This document shows positions 10,019 through 19,202 of a stretch of DNA of 64,000 nt, piece by piece. A program made the position numbers and the translations under genes. A model generated the notes under the pieces. That model saw only the letters and a list, made by a program, of their open reading frames with translations, was not told where the DNA came from and made no database searches. Numbering within the stretch: the first letter of the stretch is position 1; every line of letters begins with the position of its first letter. Source of the stretch: a virus (lineage: Duplodnaviria; Caudoviricetes); IMG/VR virus record IMGVR_UViG_2558860984_000001, positions 1 through 64,000 of that record. One strand, 5' to 3'.

Positions 10019-10323
10019 CGCCGATCATCGTCGTCGCGCTCCTCGCCGTCGCCGCGGTCCTGCTCTGGGCCTGGCGGGTGCGGCTCGATGCTGTCCTCGG
10101 CCGCCGCCGCGTCGCCGCGGCCCACCTCAAGTCGTCTGCTGCCGCGGGCCACGCGGGGAGCGTCCGCGGCAGCAGCGCCCCCGCCCGCCGGCCCGCGCCG
10201 CTGATCAACCCCCACGCAGTGGTGCGGATGCGAGTCGACCAGGACCCGAACCACCTCGCCACCTGCCAAACGCTCTGGAACCTCCCCGACGCATACGAGC
10301 CCCGGGGAGGCGGTCATGCCTGA
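10015..10323 (+). CDS. Small membrane protein
   Basis: N-terminal TM; coupled start. Confidence 0.55.
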   Translation: MTPIIVVALLAVAAVLLWAWRVRLDAVLGRRRVAAAHLKSSAAAGHAGSVRGSSAPARRPAPLINPHAVVRMRVDQDPNHLATCQTLWNLPDAYEPRGGGHA

Positions 10324-10510
10324 ACGGATCCGCCAGGTCGCCACTGCCCGCGAGGTCACCGACCAGGAGCGGCGTGACGCCTCCCGCACAGTGGCGCGTA
10401 TGGCCCGCGACTATGAGGACCTCCACCACCTGCTCGACGTGCTCGGCCTCACCCGGCTGTTCGACAGGCTCGGTGAGCCGCCGCACGACACGAGCTGGGA
10501 GAGCCGATGA
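10316..10510 (+). CDS. Hypothetical protein
   Basis: GGAGG RBS; coupled to neighbours. Confidence 0.55.
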   Translation: MPERIRQVATAREVTDQERRDASRTVARMARDYEDLHHLLDVLGLTRLFDRLGEPPHDTSWESR

Positions 10511-11037
10511 CTCCCCGCCCTCTGCTCCTCCTCGACGTGGACGGCCCGCTCAACCCCTACGGCGTCCGCGACCTGACCGACGTCCGCGACTACGAGATGC
10601 ACTGGATGCGGCCCGATTCATGGACCGAGCCCGGTGACCTGCTCGTATGGCTCAACCCTGCGCACGGCCCCGCGCTGCTCGCGCTGCCGTACGACCTGGT
10701 ATGGGCCACCACCTGGGAGGCGGAGGCCGGCGAGTGGATCGCGCCCCAGATCGGGCTTCCGACCGACCTGCCGTACATCAAGTGGCCGGAGAAGTGGGCG
10801 GCCCGCAGCGACTGCACGTACTGGAAGACCCACGACATCGTGCGCTGGGCAGACGGCCGTCCGTTCGCGTGGGTTGACGACGAGATCGACGAGGCGGACC
10901 GCGAGTACGTCGCCGAGCACCACGACGGGCCTGCCTGCCTGCACTACGTCGACCCGAGCAGGGGACTGACCGCTGAGGACTTCGAGTACCTGACTGCTTG
11001 GGCAGACCGACTCGCGGCGGGGGAGGTGGGCCGGTGA
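10507..11037 (+). CDS. HAD-superfamily protein (phage type)
   Basis: LLLDVDGPLN, WATTW, WK, WVDD. Confidence 0.88.
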   Translation: MTPRPLLLLDVDGPLNPYGVRDLTDVRDYEMHWMRPDSWTEPGDLLVWLNPAHGPALLALPYDLVWATTWEAEAGEWIAPQIGLPTDLPYIKWPEKWAARSDCTYWKTHDIVRWADGRPFAWVDDEIDEADREYVAEHHDGPACLHYVDPSRGLTAEDFEYLTAWADRLAAGEVGR

Positions 11038-11387
11038 CCCTCACCGATGACCAGCTCGACGACCTCATCACGGCCCTCGGGCTACGCCCCGGTCGTGGTT
11101 CCCGCGCACCAGCCGTCTGCGGCACCCTGCCCGGCTACCGCCGGCACCTGAGCCTTGCCGAGGAGCCATGCGCCGAGTGTCGCGAGGCGCGAGCCAAGGA
11201 GCAGCGGGACCGCTACCGCGGCGGGGCGAAGAACCCGGAGTCGCTGCCGCCGATCGACCACGGCACTGCGAAGGGGGCCAAGCAGCACTGGTACCGCAAG
11301 GTGCCGATCTGTGAGCCCTGCCGTGCGGCGGAGCGGGAGCAGCAGCGACAGCGGTACGCCGCCCGGAAAGATGGCGGTGCCGAGTGA
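11034..11387 (+). CDS. Protein with two C/H-GT..Y/A..H..C..C Zn-like motifs
   Basis: CGTLPGYRRH..PCAEC and HGTAKGAKQH..ICEPC. Confidence 0.6.
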   Translation: MTLTDDQLDDLITALGLRPGRGSRAPAVCGTLPGYRRHLSLAEEPCAECREARAKEQRDRYRGGAKNPESLPPIDHGTAKGAKQHWYRKVPICEPCRAAEREQQRQRYAARKDGGAE

Positions 11388-11932
11388 CCTCCCCTGCCAC
11401 CACGCCGAGCCTGGCGCAGGCCACCCCTGGGCTGGGCCGCCAGTCTGTCAGCCCCGACCTCACCATCGTCGTCCGAGATCACCGCCCTGCCCCGCAGGGC
11501 TCAAAGCGACACGTCGGCAACGGGCGCATAGTCGAGCAGTCCAAGCGCGTCGCACCCTGGCGCGCGGCCGTCCACGCCGCCGCCGCGGGCGCGATGACGA
11601 GCCGTCACATCCGGCGCTACGGCGGGCGGCCCGCCAGCTGGCCGCAGCCGCTCGACGGCCCGCTGTCGGTGGAAGTCGTCTTCACCGTCCGCAAGCCGAC
11701 GTCCGCGCCGAAGACCCGCACGACGTGGCCGACGACGCGCGATAGCGGCGACATCGACAAGCTGCTCCGCTCGACGTTCGACGCGCTCGGCACCGCGCGC
11801 GCGATCTCGGATGACTCCCGGATCGTCGAGGTCGCCGCCCGGAAGGTCCACCCCAGCGAGGGCCTGGACGCGCTCGACGAGCCGGGCGCCGTGATCCGGA
11901 TCTGGCAGCTCGGCGAGGCGGTGGACCGATGA
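11384..11932 (+). CDS. rusA: RusA-family Holliday junction resolvase
   Basis: PAPQGSKR, DIDKLLRSTFDAL, DDSRIV. Confidence 0.9.
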   Translation: MTSPATTPSLAQATPGLGRQSVSPDLTIVVRDHRPAPQGSKRHVGNGRIVEQSKRVAPWRAAVHAAAAGAMTSRHIRRYGGRPASWPQPLDGPLSVEVVFTVRKPTSAPKTRTTWPTTRDSGDIDKLLRSTFDALGTARAISDDSRIVEVAARKVHPSEGLDALDEPGAVIRIWQLGEAVDR

Positions 11933-12237
11933 AGCCGCCGTTCCCGTACTACGGCGCGAAGGGCCGCCTCGCCCCGTGGATCGCCGGGCTGATGCCCGAG
12001 CACCTCGCGCTCGCCGAGACCCTCCACACCTGCACCGCGACCGTCCTCCTGTCCGGCTACCCCTCGCCGCTGTACGACGATCTGTACGCGGACTGGTGGC
12101 GCGCCGAGATGACCGTGCAGCGGCCGGCCAGCAACCGGCGCGGGCACACGGGCCCAGACGGCGTGGAGGTCGTGTGGTCGAACCAGCCGCTCGCCGCAGT
12201 ACGGCAGGGCGACCTCTTCGAGGCGGTGAGCACGTGA
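11929..12237 (+). pseudogene. Internally deleted Dam/D12-class adenine MTase remnant (in frame)
   Basis: N-terminus PFPYYGAKGRLAPWI joined directly to C-terminus VLLSGY..LYDDLY..EVVWSN; the SAM-binding and DPPY motifs are absent. Confidence 0.8.
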
Positions 12238-13016
12238 CGGCGCCGTGGATGTCCGATGCGGCGTGCCGAGATGAGGACCCCGACATCTTCTTCCCGGAGA
12301 AGGGCGGCACGAGCGAGGCCAAGGAGGTCTGCCGCGCCTGCCCGGTCTCTGGCCAGTGCACGGAGTTCGCCGCCGCGATCGGAGCGACCGCCGGCGTGTG
12401 GGGCGGCCGTCTCGTGAAGACCACGCGCGCCGCAGGTAGCCAGTCTCTTTTGCAGCGTGAGATTCAGCAGCGAGACGAGATCATCCTCCGCTTGGCCAGC
12501 TCCCGCAGCGCTCCGACGGACACCGAAATCGCTGCGCGGGCCGGCTGCGACGCCCGCACTGTCCAGCGGGTCCGTGCCCGCCACGACATCTCCAGGAAGG
12601 AAGGACGCGCAGTGAACAGCTTCGTTATGCCTGACCGTGGCTGGCGCGCCCGCGCGGCCTGCCGTGATGAGGACCCCGAGCTGTTCTTCCCGCCATCGGG
12701 CGCCCCTGCCAACGATCCGTGGGTCACGGAAGCGAAGCGCGTCTGCGCGGGCTGCCCCGTGATGACCGAGTGCCTGATCTACGCCATCGAGAACCGGGAC
12801 CAAGGCGTGTGGGGCGGCACGACGGATGAGGAGCGTCGGAGGGAGCTGAAGAGGCGGGGGCGGATCAAGGCCCGCGGGCGCGGTGGCGGGCGTAAGCCGG
12901 CCCCGTGTGGCACCGACGCTGCGTACCGGCGGCACATCGCGAAGGGCGAGTGGGTCGATGATCTGTGTGCGCAGACGCGGGAGCGGGGCGGGCGCGGGGC
13001 GGAGGCGCCCCGGTGA
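12234..13016 (+). CDS. Double-WhiB protein (WhiB-HTH-WhiB)
   Basis: Two AAC..D.E/DFFP..C..CPV..C..GVWGG domains in one frame. Confidence 0.85.
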   Translation: MTAPWMSDAACRDEDPDIFFPEKGGTSEAKEVCRACPVSGQCTEFAAAIGATAGVWGGRLVKTTRAAGSQSLLQREIQQRDEIILRLASSRSAPTDTEIAARAGCDARTVQRVRARHDISRKEGRAVNSFVMPDRGWRARAACRDEDPELFFPPSGAPANDPWVTEAKRVCAGCPVMTECLIYAIENRDQGVWGGTTDEERRRELKRRGRIKARGRGGGRKPAPCGTDAAYRRHIAKGEWVDDLCAQTRERGGRGAEAPR

Positions 13017-13231
13017 CCGTCCTGACCCCGCGCCAGCATCGCCTGTGGGAGTTGCTCCGCGACCGCGAGCGGGTGACGAGCAGCGACGTGGAGGCCGTCT
13101 GCCGTCGGCTCGGCGCGCCGAAGACACGCACCGCCCGCGCGGACCGCGAAGCCCTGTGCCGCGCCGGACTCCTCATCCCGCAAGGGGACGACGACCGCCG
13201 GTGGTACCGGCCGGCCGGAGCCCTGCTGTGA
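13013..13231 (+). CDS. Small winged-HTH-like protein
   Basis: RTARADREALCRAGLL..G..RRWY. Confidence 0.5.
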   Translation: MTVLTPRQHRLWELLRDRERVTSSDVEAVCRRLGAPKTRTARADREALCRAGLLIPQGDDDRRWYRPAGALL

Positions 13232-13467
13232 CCGCCGAGACTGCGGCTGGCCCCTGGCCCCCTGCCGAGCTGCCCGGCATCCACGTCGTTTTCGGCCAGT
13301 GGAGCCGTACTGCGGGCTGGTTGGTCGTCCCGAGCGCGGACTTCCGCTGTCGGTGCGGCTTCACCGACGCCGCTGGCGGCGACGCCGTGCGCGCGTTCGT
13401 CGCCACGATCCGCCGCGCCCACGCTGCGGAATGCCCACTCCAGAACCGAGGAGACACACCAGCATGA
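13228..13467 (+). CDS. Hypothetical protein
   Basis: CRCG..H...C; coupled start. Confidence 0.5.
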   Translation: MTAETAAGPWPPAELPGIHVVFGQWSRTAGWLVVPSADFRCRCGFTDAAGGDAVRAFVATIRRAHAAECPLQNRGDTPA

Positions 13468-13889
13468 CCACGCGCTCGTACACCGACGACGACCTCCGCG
13501 CCGAGGCCGCCCGCCAGCACCGCGACCTCATCGAGGACCCCGACTTCATGGGCATCGGCGAGCAGATGGAGGACACCCTCATCGACTCGACCGTGGTGGA
13601 GCCCGACCACGACGACACTGGCACGACCTGGGACGAACTCGACGACGACGATTACGACGCCGCGCAGCGCACCATTGACGAGCTGCTCCGCGGCGCCGCC
13701 GACACCTCCGACTGGGCCATCAACCTCGGCGCCGACAAGCTGCAGCCCGGACGGCAGTACATCGACGTCAGTGAAGGCGCGGGCCGCCTGCACATCGCGT
13801 TCCGGTCCGATCTGAGCGACGAGCAGCGCACCGAGTTCGCCCGCAACATCGCCGCCATCCTCGGCGAGCAGATCGTGGACGGGCTCTGA
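13464..13889 (+). CDS. Acidic hypothetical protein
   Basis: GAGGAG RBS; GC3 bias. Confidence 0.65.
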   Translation: MTTRSYTDDDLRAEAARQHRDLIEDPDFMGIGEQMEDTLIDSTVVEPDHDDTGTTWDELDDDDYDAAQRTIDELLRGAADTSDWAINLGADKLQPGRQYIDVSEGAGRLHIAFRSDLSDEQRTEFARNIAAILGEQIVDGL

Positions 13890-14345
13890 TTGGACCGGGA
13901 GCAGCTTTACCAGCACACGACTACCGCCATCAGCCGCGCCATGGACGGCGATACCGGCGGCGCCGCCTCCGCCCTGATCAAGATCGGCCAGGGCGGCGAC
14001 CACTTCGACGTCTACGGCGCGTGCTGCGCCTTCGCCGAGATCGGCAAGGCCGCCTTGACGAAGCTGCACGGCGACCAGGCCGCGGACCTCAGCCGCGGCG
14101 ACATGTGGGCCATGCAGATCCTCAAGCCCGGCGAGAACGATCCGTGCGAGACGTTCGCTACCCGCTTCATCGTCGCCTACGCGAACGGCGACAAGGACGG
14201 CACCTTCGCGCTGTTCCGGGCCGCGCTGGAGGCCGACGGCGGGCAGTACGTCGAATCGGTCTGCGCACTGCTGGCCACGGCCGTCAGCCTCGCCCACACC
14301 GCCGTGCAGCAGACCGGAAGGCCAGACGGAGAGGTCGAGCCGTGA
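13890..14345 (+). CDS. Hypothetical protein
   Basis: GC3 bias; abuts the upstream stop. Confidence 0.6.
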   Translation: MDREQLYQHTTTAISRAMDGDTGGAASALIKIGQGGDHFDVYGACCAFAEIGKAALTKLHGDQAADLSRGDMWAMQILKPGENDPCETFATRFIVAYANGDKDGTFALFRAALEADGGQYVESVCALLATAVSLAHTAVQQTGRPDGEVEP

Positions 14346-14629
14346 TCATCGTCGACGACGCCCGCCGCAAGGGCGGCGCACCCCAGCTCGGCGCGAGTCG
14401 GGCAGGGGAGCGCGGCCCGTTCGGTGTCCGCCCGGACCCCGAAGACCCCGACGACACCGAACCAGCCCCGGACACCGCTGGAGGAGAACCCCGGTGACCC
14501 GCCGCCGCGCCCGCCGGCGCCGCTCGGTGTGGGAGGCCGTGGGCGACGCCTTCGCCGGGCTCGTGGAGATCTTCACCCGCTGAACAGCACGACCGCCCCG
14601 TACGCGGCGGGGCCGGAAGGAGGAGCGTG

Positions 14630-15073
14630 TCAGGACTCGGCGCGCTGGCGCTGCACCTCTTCGAGGGGCTGCCCCGTCCAGGATGCGATTTCCGCGTCCG
14701 GTGCTTGATCGGCCCACTCCTCAAGGGCTTCGGCCAGGCTCGGCGGAAGGCCGTCGGACGAAGGCTCGGTGAACGATTCGTCGTTCAGGATCTGATCGAT
14801 GTGGAACCATGTTTCTTCCGGGTCAATCCGAGTCAGCGTCTCGCCGTAATCATCAAATGTCCCGTGCCCGCTGGTCAGTACTTCACGAGTGCGCCAGTCC
14901 GTGACCTCCCAGGGGCATCTTCCATCGTCGTCGTATCCACCGGTCTGACCGCCGTCGACAATCCGATACCCCTGGGATTCGAGTTCGGCGATGCGTTGCT
15001 GTCGCTGAGCGTTGTCTCCCGCCCTGGCGGCCAGCACTCGCCGTACGTAGTCCTTCGTCAGTTGATCGCTCAC
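14630..15073 (-). CDS. Hypothetical protein, partner of the Phd-like gene
   Basis: GGAG upstream; co-oriented directly after the Phd-like gene. Confidence 0.6.
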   Translation of the reverse strand: MSDQLTKDYVRRVLAARAGDNAQRQQRIAELESQGYRIVDGGQTGGYDDDGRCPWEVTDWRTREVLTSGHGTFDDYGETLTRIDPEETWFHIDQILNDESFTEPSSDGLPPSLAEALEEWADQAPDAEIASWTGQPLEEVQRQRAES

Positions 15074-15088
15074 TGGGACTCTCCGGGA

Positions 15089-15295
15089 TCAGTCTTCTTG
15101 TGCGGCGACGCGGTTCTCTCCGAGCGCTTCCATGGCTCGCTCGTAGAGGTCGAACGGGACGATCACGGCCGCTTCTTTCCCGCGGTTCATGAGGATCGTG
15201 GGCTCGCCTGCGTATCGGGCGCGGGCGATCACCTCGCCGAGGACGTTGCGGGCCTCGGCGATCTTCGCCCTGTGCTCGATACGGGAGTTCGGCAT
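15089..15295 (-). CDS. Phd/YefM-family antitoxin-like protein
   Basis: IAEARNVLGEVIARARYAGEPTILMNRGKEAAVIVP. Confidence 0.85.
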   Translation of the reverse strand: MPNSRIEHRAKIAEARNVLGEVIARARYAGEPTILMNRGKEAAVIVPFDLYERAMEALGENRVAAQED

Positions 15296-15441
15296 GCCCA
15301 CAGCGTAGCGAACTTGCGGCTTCGCACAAGGCAGCGTATTCGCTTTCTTAGCTATGATGGTCACGTAATGGTTCGACTGGAGCCGCCCTGAACAGGGGCT
15401 TTAACCGTCATGCCCTGATCAGCACGAACGAAGGACCACCC

Positions 15442-16614
15442 ATGGCGCGCGGACACGGCCGGATCCTGTCCTCTATCTGGGAGGACCAGGACTTCCTGGC
15501 GCTCACGCAGCAGCAGCAGCGGCTCTATCTCTTCCTCATCTCGCAGCCCAACCTCAACCACGCTGGGCTGCTCCCCCTGACCTTGCGCCGCTGGGCACGG
15601 AAGGCATCTGGACTCACCCCTGCCGAACTGCAGGAGCACCTGGCCGACCTCGCCGACACCGGGTTCATCGTGCTGGACGAGGACACCGAGGAACTGCTGA
15701 TCCGCTCATTCGTCCGCAACGACGGCGTGTGGAAACAGCCCAAGGTGATGGGCGCCATGGTGTCCGGCGCGCTGGAGATGGAGTCCAGGGCATTGCGGAG
15801 GGCGCTCCTGGAGGAGATGAACCGCATCCCGCTCGACGAGCTGAGCGACGAGCCGGCCAAGATGCGCGGCGGGGCGGGGCCTTCAATCCGGCAGCAGGTA
15901 CGGGAGCACATCGAGACCCTTCGCACGGCCTTCCGGGAGCCCACGCCGACCCCTCCGGCAGGGACGTCGGAACCCCCTTCGGAAACCCCCTCGGGAACCC
16001 CTTCCGAACCCCCCTCCGATAGCCCTACCCAGGGGGATCGGAAAGGCTCTACGCGCGCGGGCGCGGGCGCGCATGACGCGCAGGGGCGCGGGCGCGCGTC
16101 ACGCGCGCGTTCCCCTGCCCCTACCCCTGTCCCCTACCCCACAAAGAACTTCTCGTCCGGGAACGCTCACACCCCCGGCCCCGGCGATGCCGAGGCGGCA
16201 CAGCCGCCCGACGACGAACCCACACCGCCCCCAGCCCGCGAGGACGTCGAACTCATCTGCGTCACGCTCGCCGACGCCATCGAGGCCAACGGCAGCAAAC
16301 GCCCCACCATCACCAAACGCTGGCGCACCGAAGCCCGCCTCCTCTTCGACAAGGACGGACGCACCGTCAACCAGGTACTCAACGCCATCGCCTGGTGCCA
16401 AGCAGACCCCTTCTGGCGCTCCAACGTCCTGTCGATGCCCAAGCTCCGCGAGCGGTACGACCAGCTCCGCCTCGCCGCACAACGCTCCCCACAGCGCCAG
16501 CCCTCCAACGTCGTCGCACTCACCTCCGGCCAGCCATTGCCAGGCACCGACACCACCGTCGCCGGCTGGGCCGCCGTTGCCGAACAACTCCGCCAGGAAG
16601 GAGACACCGCATGA
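15442..16614 (+). CDS. Phage replication initiator (replisome organiser-like)
   Basis: IWEDQDF..LYLFLISQP N-terminus; DPFWRSNVLSMPKLRERYDQL C-terminus; internal iterons. Confidence 0.8.
   Translation: MARGHGRILSSIWEDQDFLALTQQQQRLYLFLISQPNLNHAGLLPLTLRRWARKASGLTPAELQEHLADLADTGFIVLDEDTEELLIRSFVRNDGVWKQPKVMGAMVSGALEMESRALRRALLEEMNRIPLDELSDEPAKMRGGAGPSIRQQVREHIETLRTAFREPTPTPPAGTSEPPSETPSGTPSEPPSDSPTQGDRKGSTRAGAGAHDAQGRGRASRARSPAPTPVPYPTKNFSSGNAHTPGPGDAEAAQPPDDEPTPPPAREDVELICVTLADAIEANGSKRPTITKRWRTEARLLFDKDGRTVNQVLNAIAWCQADPFWRSNVLSMPKLRERYDQLRLAAQRSPQRQPSNVVALTSGQPLPGTDTTVAGWAAVAEQLRQEGDTA
15967..16026 (+). repeat. Five tandem 12-bp iterons, putative ori within rep
   Basis: TCGGAACCCCCT, TCGGAAACCCCC, TCGGGAACCCCT, TCCGAACCCCCC, TCCGATAGCCCT. 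Confidence 0.7.
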
Positions 16615-17321
16615 ACGCCAACGAAGCCGCCGAACTCCTCGGGCACGCCGCGGCGTTCGACAACCGCAAGCCCTCTGCCTACGCCGCCATCGCCTGGGCC
16701 GCCGCCCTCCACGATGTACCGCTGGACACCGACGCGAAGGCCGCGGTCGCCGCGTATTACACGACCCCGCCGAGGGACCCCGACGCCACGCTGTGGATCC
16801 TCCCGCACCACGTCCGCACCCTCCGCACCAAGATCCGCAATGCCAGGCTGGAGAACTTCCGCTACGAGCCCGTCGGCGACGAGACCACCGGCGAGTACCT
16901 CGTCCGCTACCGCGGCCAGCTCGCCGCCATCGCCTCCGGTCGCATCCCGGCGCCGACCGACCCGCCAGCGCTGGAAGGTGGACCACACCCACACGTGGCC
17001 CACGCGCTCAAGGACGTCGGCCGCCCCGTACCGGACGACGACGCCACCGAGCTGCTGGAGGCGGTGCGCCGCTCCGGGCCTCTCGGCGTCGCGTGCCCGC
17101 TTCCCGCCTGCCGCGCCGCCGTCGGCCGCCCGTGCAAGATCCCGGGCGGCTCCGAGCAGCAGCCCCTCGGCCGGCTACGGGCGAAGCCACACCGCGCACG
17201 GATCCGCGCCGCGCAGGGAATCGCCGCCCCGTCGCCGGAGCAGCGCGCCGCCCAGGAGCAGCGCGTCCGCGCGATGGCCGCTCGGCACCTTGCCCGCCTC
17301 GCCGAGGACGGAGCCGCGTGA
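16611..17321 (+). CDS. Replication partner (helicase loader/inhibitor-like) with C-terminal Zn finger
   Basis: EAAELLG.AAAFDNR..AWAAAL..AVAAYY; CP..ACRA.VGRPC..H. Confidence 0.6.
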   Translation: MNANEAAELLGHAAAFDNRKPSAYAAIAWAAALHDVPLDTDAKAAVAAYYTTPPRDPDATLWILPHHVRTLRTKIRNARLENFRYEPVGDETTGEYLVRYRGQLAAIASGRIPAPTDPPALEGGPHPHVAHALKDVGRPVPDDDATELLEAVRRSGPLGVACPLPACRAAVGRPCKIPGGSEQQPLGRLRAKPHRARIRAAQGIAAPSPEQRAAQEQRVRAMAARHLARLAEDGAA

Positions 17322-17521
17322 CCGCCCGCCGCTGCGCCGGATGCGGCCGGCCACTACCCACCAGCACCGGCCCGTACGGACCCATCTGCGCCCAACGCCT
17401 CGGACTCACCACGACCCGGCGCGCAGTCGCCCAGCCCACCGCCCGGCCCACACCCGCGGCGTCCCCGGGCCAAGCCGAACTGCCCCTGACCGAGCACCAG
17501 CCCGACACGCCCTCCGCCTAA
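17318..17521 (+). CDS. Small Zn-ribbon protein (DUF6011-like)
   Basis: CAGCGRPL..YGPICA. Confidence 0.55.
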   Translation: MTARRCAGCGRPLPTSTGPYGPICAQRLGLTTTRRAVAQPTARPTPAASPGQAELPLTEHQPDTPSA

Positions 17522-17563
17522 CCCCCCACCGACACCACACAACCAACACGACAGGAGATCACC

Positions 17564-18049
17564 ATGGGAATGTCCGCGTACGGCATCGTTGCGTACGGCT
17601 ACGACCTCGGCGGTGACGAGAGCCGCTGGAGGGTCCGCGAGGCTGGCGAGTACGGCGAGCTGCCCGACCTCGACTGGTACGACCCCGAGGGCGACGACGA
17701 CGGCGATTTTGAGAGCGCCGCCCACCGGCATCTCCGCGCCGAGATCGCAGGGTTCACCGAGCAGTGGATGCCCGGCAGCGACGGCTACTTCGACCGGGTG
17801 CGGGCCGCGGACGCCCGCGTTGCTGTCCGGGTTGAGTCGTACGGCCACCACGATTTCCCGCAGTTTCTGCTCGTCACGACGGTAATCCGCGTGCATTGGG
17901 GCGAGACGAAGGAGCTGGACTTCGCCGCGCTGGCGGCCGAACCCGACGCCCACGGCTGGGACGTCACGCTGTCAACCGCCCTGCGCGCCCTTGGCCTCAC
18001 CCCCACCCAGGAGCAACCCCGCTGGCTCCTCTGCTCCAGCTACGGCTGA
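17564..18049 (+). CDS. Hypothetical phage protein
   Basis: AGGAG RBS; AYGYDLG motif. Confidence 0.7.
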   Translation: MGMSAYGIVAYGYDLGGDESRWRVREAGEYGELPDLDWYDPEGDDDGDFESAAHRHLRAEIAGFTEQWMPGSDGYFDRVRAADARVAVRVESYGHHDFPQFLLVTTVIRVHWGETKELDFAALAAEPDAHGWDVTLSTALRALGLTPTQEQPRWLLCSSYG

Positions 18050-18164
18050 CCTACTGCCGGCCGGAAGGGGCGACGGCCCGGCTCGCCCTGCGACGGCCAG
18101 ACCGACCTGACCCACGTCCGACCGACCCAACCGGACACAACCACACCAACCGGAGTTCACACCC

Positions 18165-18797
18165 ATGAGCATCAACATGCGCAAGGGAGACCAGCCGGTC
18201 ACCCTCACCAAGAACACCACCATCCACGCCCGCGTCATGTGGCCACCGAAGACCGACTACGACCTCGGCGCCGAAGTCGTGTACCGCGACGGCCGCACCG
18301 AGTCCATCGCCGCGTTCCCGGCGAAGGGCATCACGGCCCGGCTGTCCACCACCGACGGCGCCGTCCGCCACCTCGGCGACGTCAAGCGCTCCGGCGCCGC
18401 GATGGCCGAGGAGGTCATCGAGGTCACCCTCAACGACGGCATCGTCGCGGTGGTGCCGTGGGCGTACAGCGCCCAGTCCAACGGCGCCGGCTCCTTCCAC
18501 CGCTACCGGGTGTCCATGGAGGTCGACAACGGCCAGGGCGAGTCCGTGCGGATCGACTCCGTCGCTGCCAGCCGGAACCCCGTTGTGTACACCTGCGTCC
18601 CTGGCGTGATCGAGAACACCGCGGCCGGCGTGCGTGTCCACGCGCTGGAGTTGTACTCCGGGATGGGATCGGAGAATCGCCCGAAGGTCGAACTCACTGC
18701 CGCCGGTGGCAAGAGCCTTCTCGGGAAGCGCAAGGCGGCGACCGCCGGCGACATCGAGGTCCTGATGGACCGCGGCCCGAAGAACCGGTTCAAGTGA
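18165..18797 (+). CDS. Possible TerD/TerA-like stress protein
   Basis: INMRKG..V.L.K, W...DYDLGA, HLGD; family call is tentative. Confidence 0.5.
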   Translation: MSINMRKGDQPVTLTKNTTIHARVMWPPKTDYDLGAEVVYRDGRTESIAAFPAKGITARLSTTDGAVRHLGDVKRSGAAMAEEVIEVTLNDGIVAVVPWAYSAQSNGAGSFHRYRVSMEVDNGQGESVRIDSVAASRNPVVYTCVPGVIENTAAGVRVHALELYSGMGSENRPKVELTAAGGKSLLGKRKAATAGDIEVLMDRGPKNRFK

Positions 18798-19132
18798 GGG
18801 CCCGCACCGCCGCACCGGCGGCCCTCATTGCCTCCGTCCTCCTGGCTGGCTGCGGCTCCGAGGAGCTGCACGGCACCGTCACGGAGAAGGAACACAAGCC
18901 AGCCGCCTCGTCATGGCGGACCGTGCCGGAGACCCGCGAGAAGTGCAGCACTTCCACGCGCCGCGCTGGCAAGACGACCCGTCGGGTGCGCTCCTGCAAG
19001 ACGATCCAGATCGGCACGAAGCGGGTGCGGGAGACCAAGCCCGAGTGCTGGGAGATCGAACTCGACGGCGACCGCGATGTGTGCGTCGACCGCGAACGGT
19101 TCGAGCGCACGGAAGTGGGCGACAGGTGGTGA
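18794..19132 (+). CDS. Putative lipoprotein
   Basis: Lipobox LLAGC; GTVTEKEH..EVGD. Confidence 0.65.
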   Translation: MRARTAAPAALIASVLLAGCGSEELHGTVTEKEHKPAASSWRTVPETREKCSTSTRRAGKTTRRVRSCKTIQIGTKRVRETKPECWEIELDGDRDVCVDRERFERTEVGDRW

Positions 19133-19202
19133 ACCCGCCGCCATGAGCCCTCTCCTGCCCCAGCTGCCACCGCCGCCGCTTCCCACCCAGCCCGGAGTAC
19201 CG

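Noticed and set aside
15305-15345. LexA/SOS box upstream of the Phd-like gene
   Set aside because: The CGAAC..TTCG spacing does not fit the actinobacterial CGAAC-N4-GTTCG consensus.
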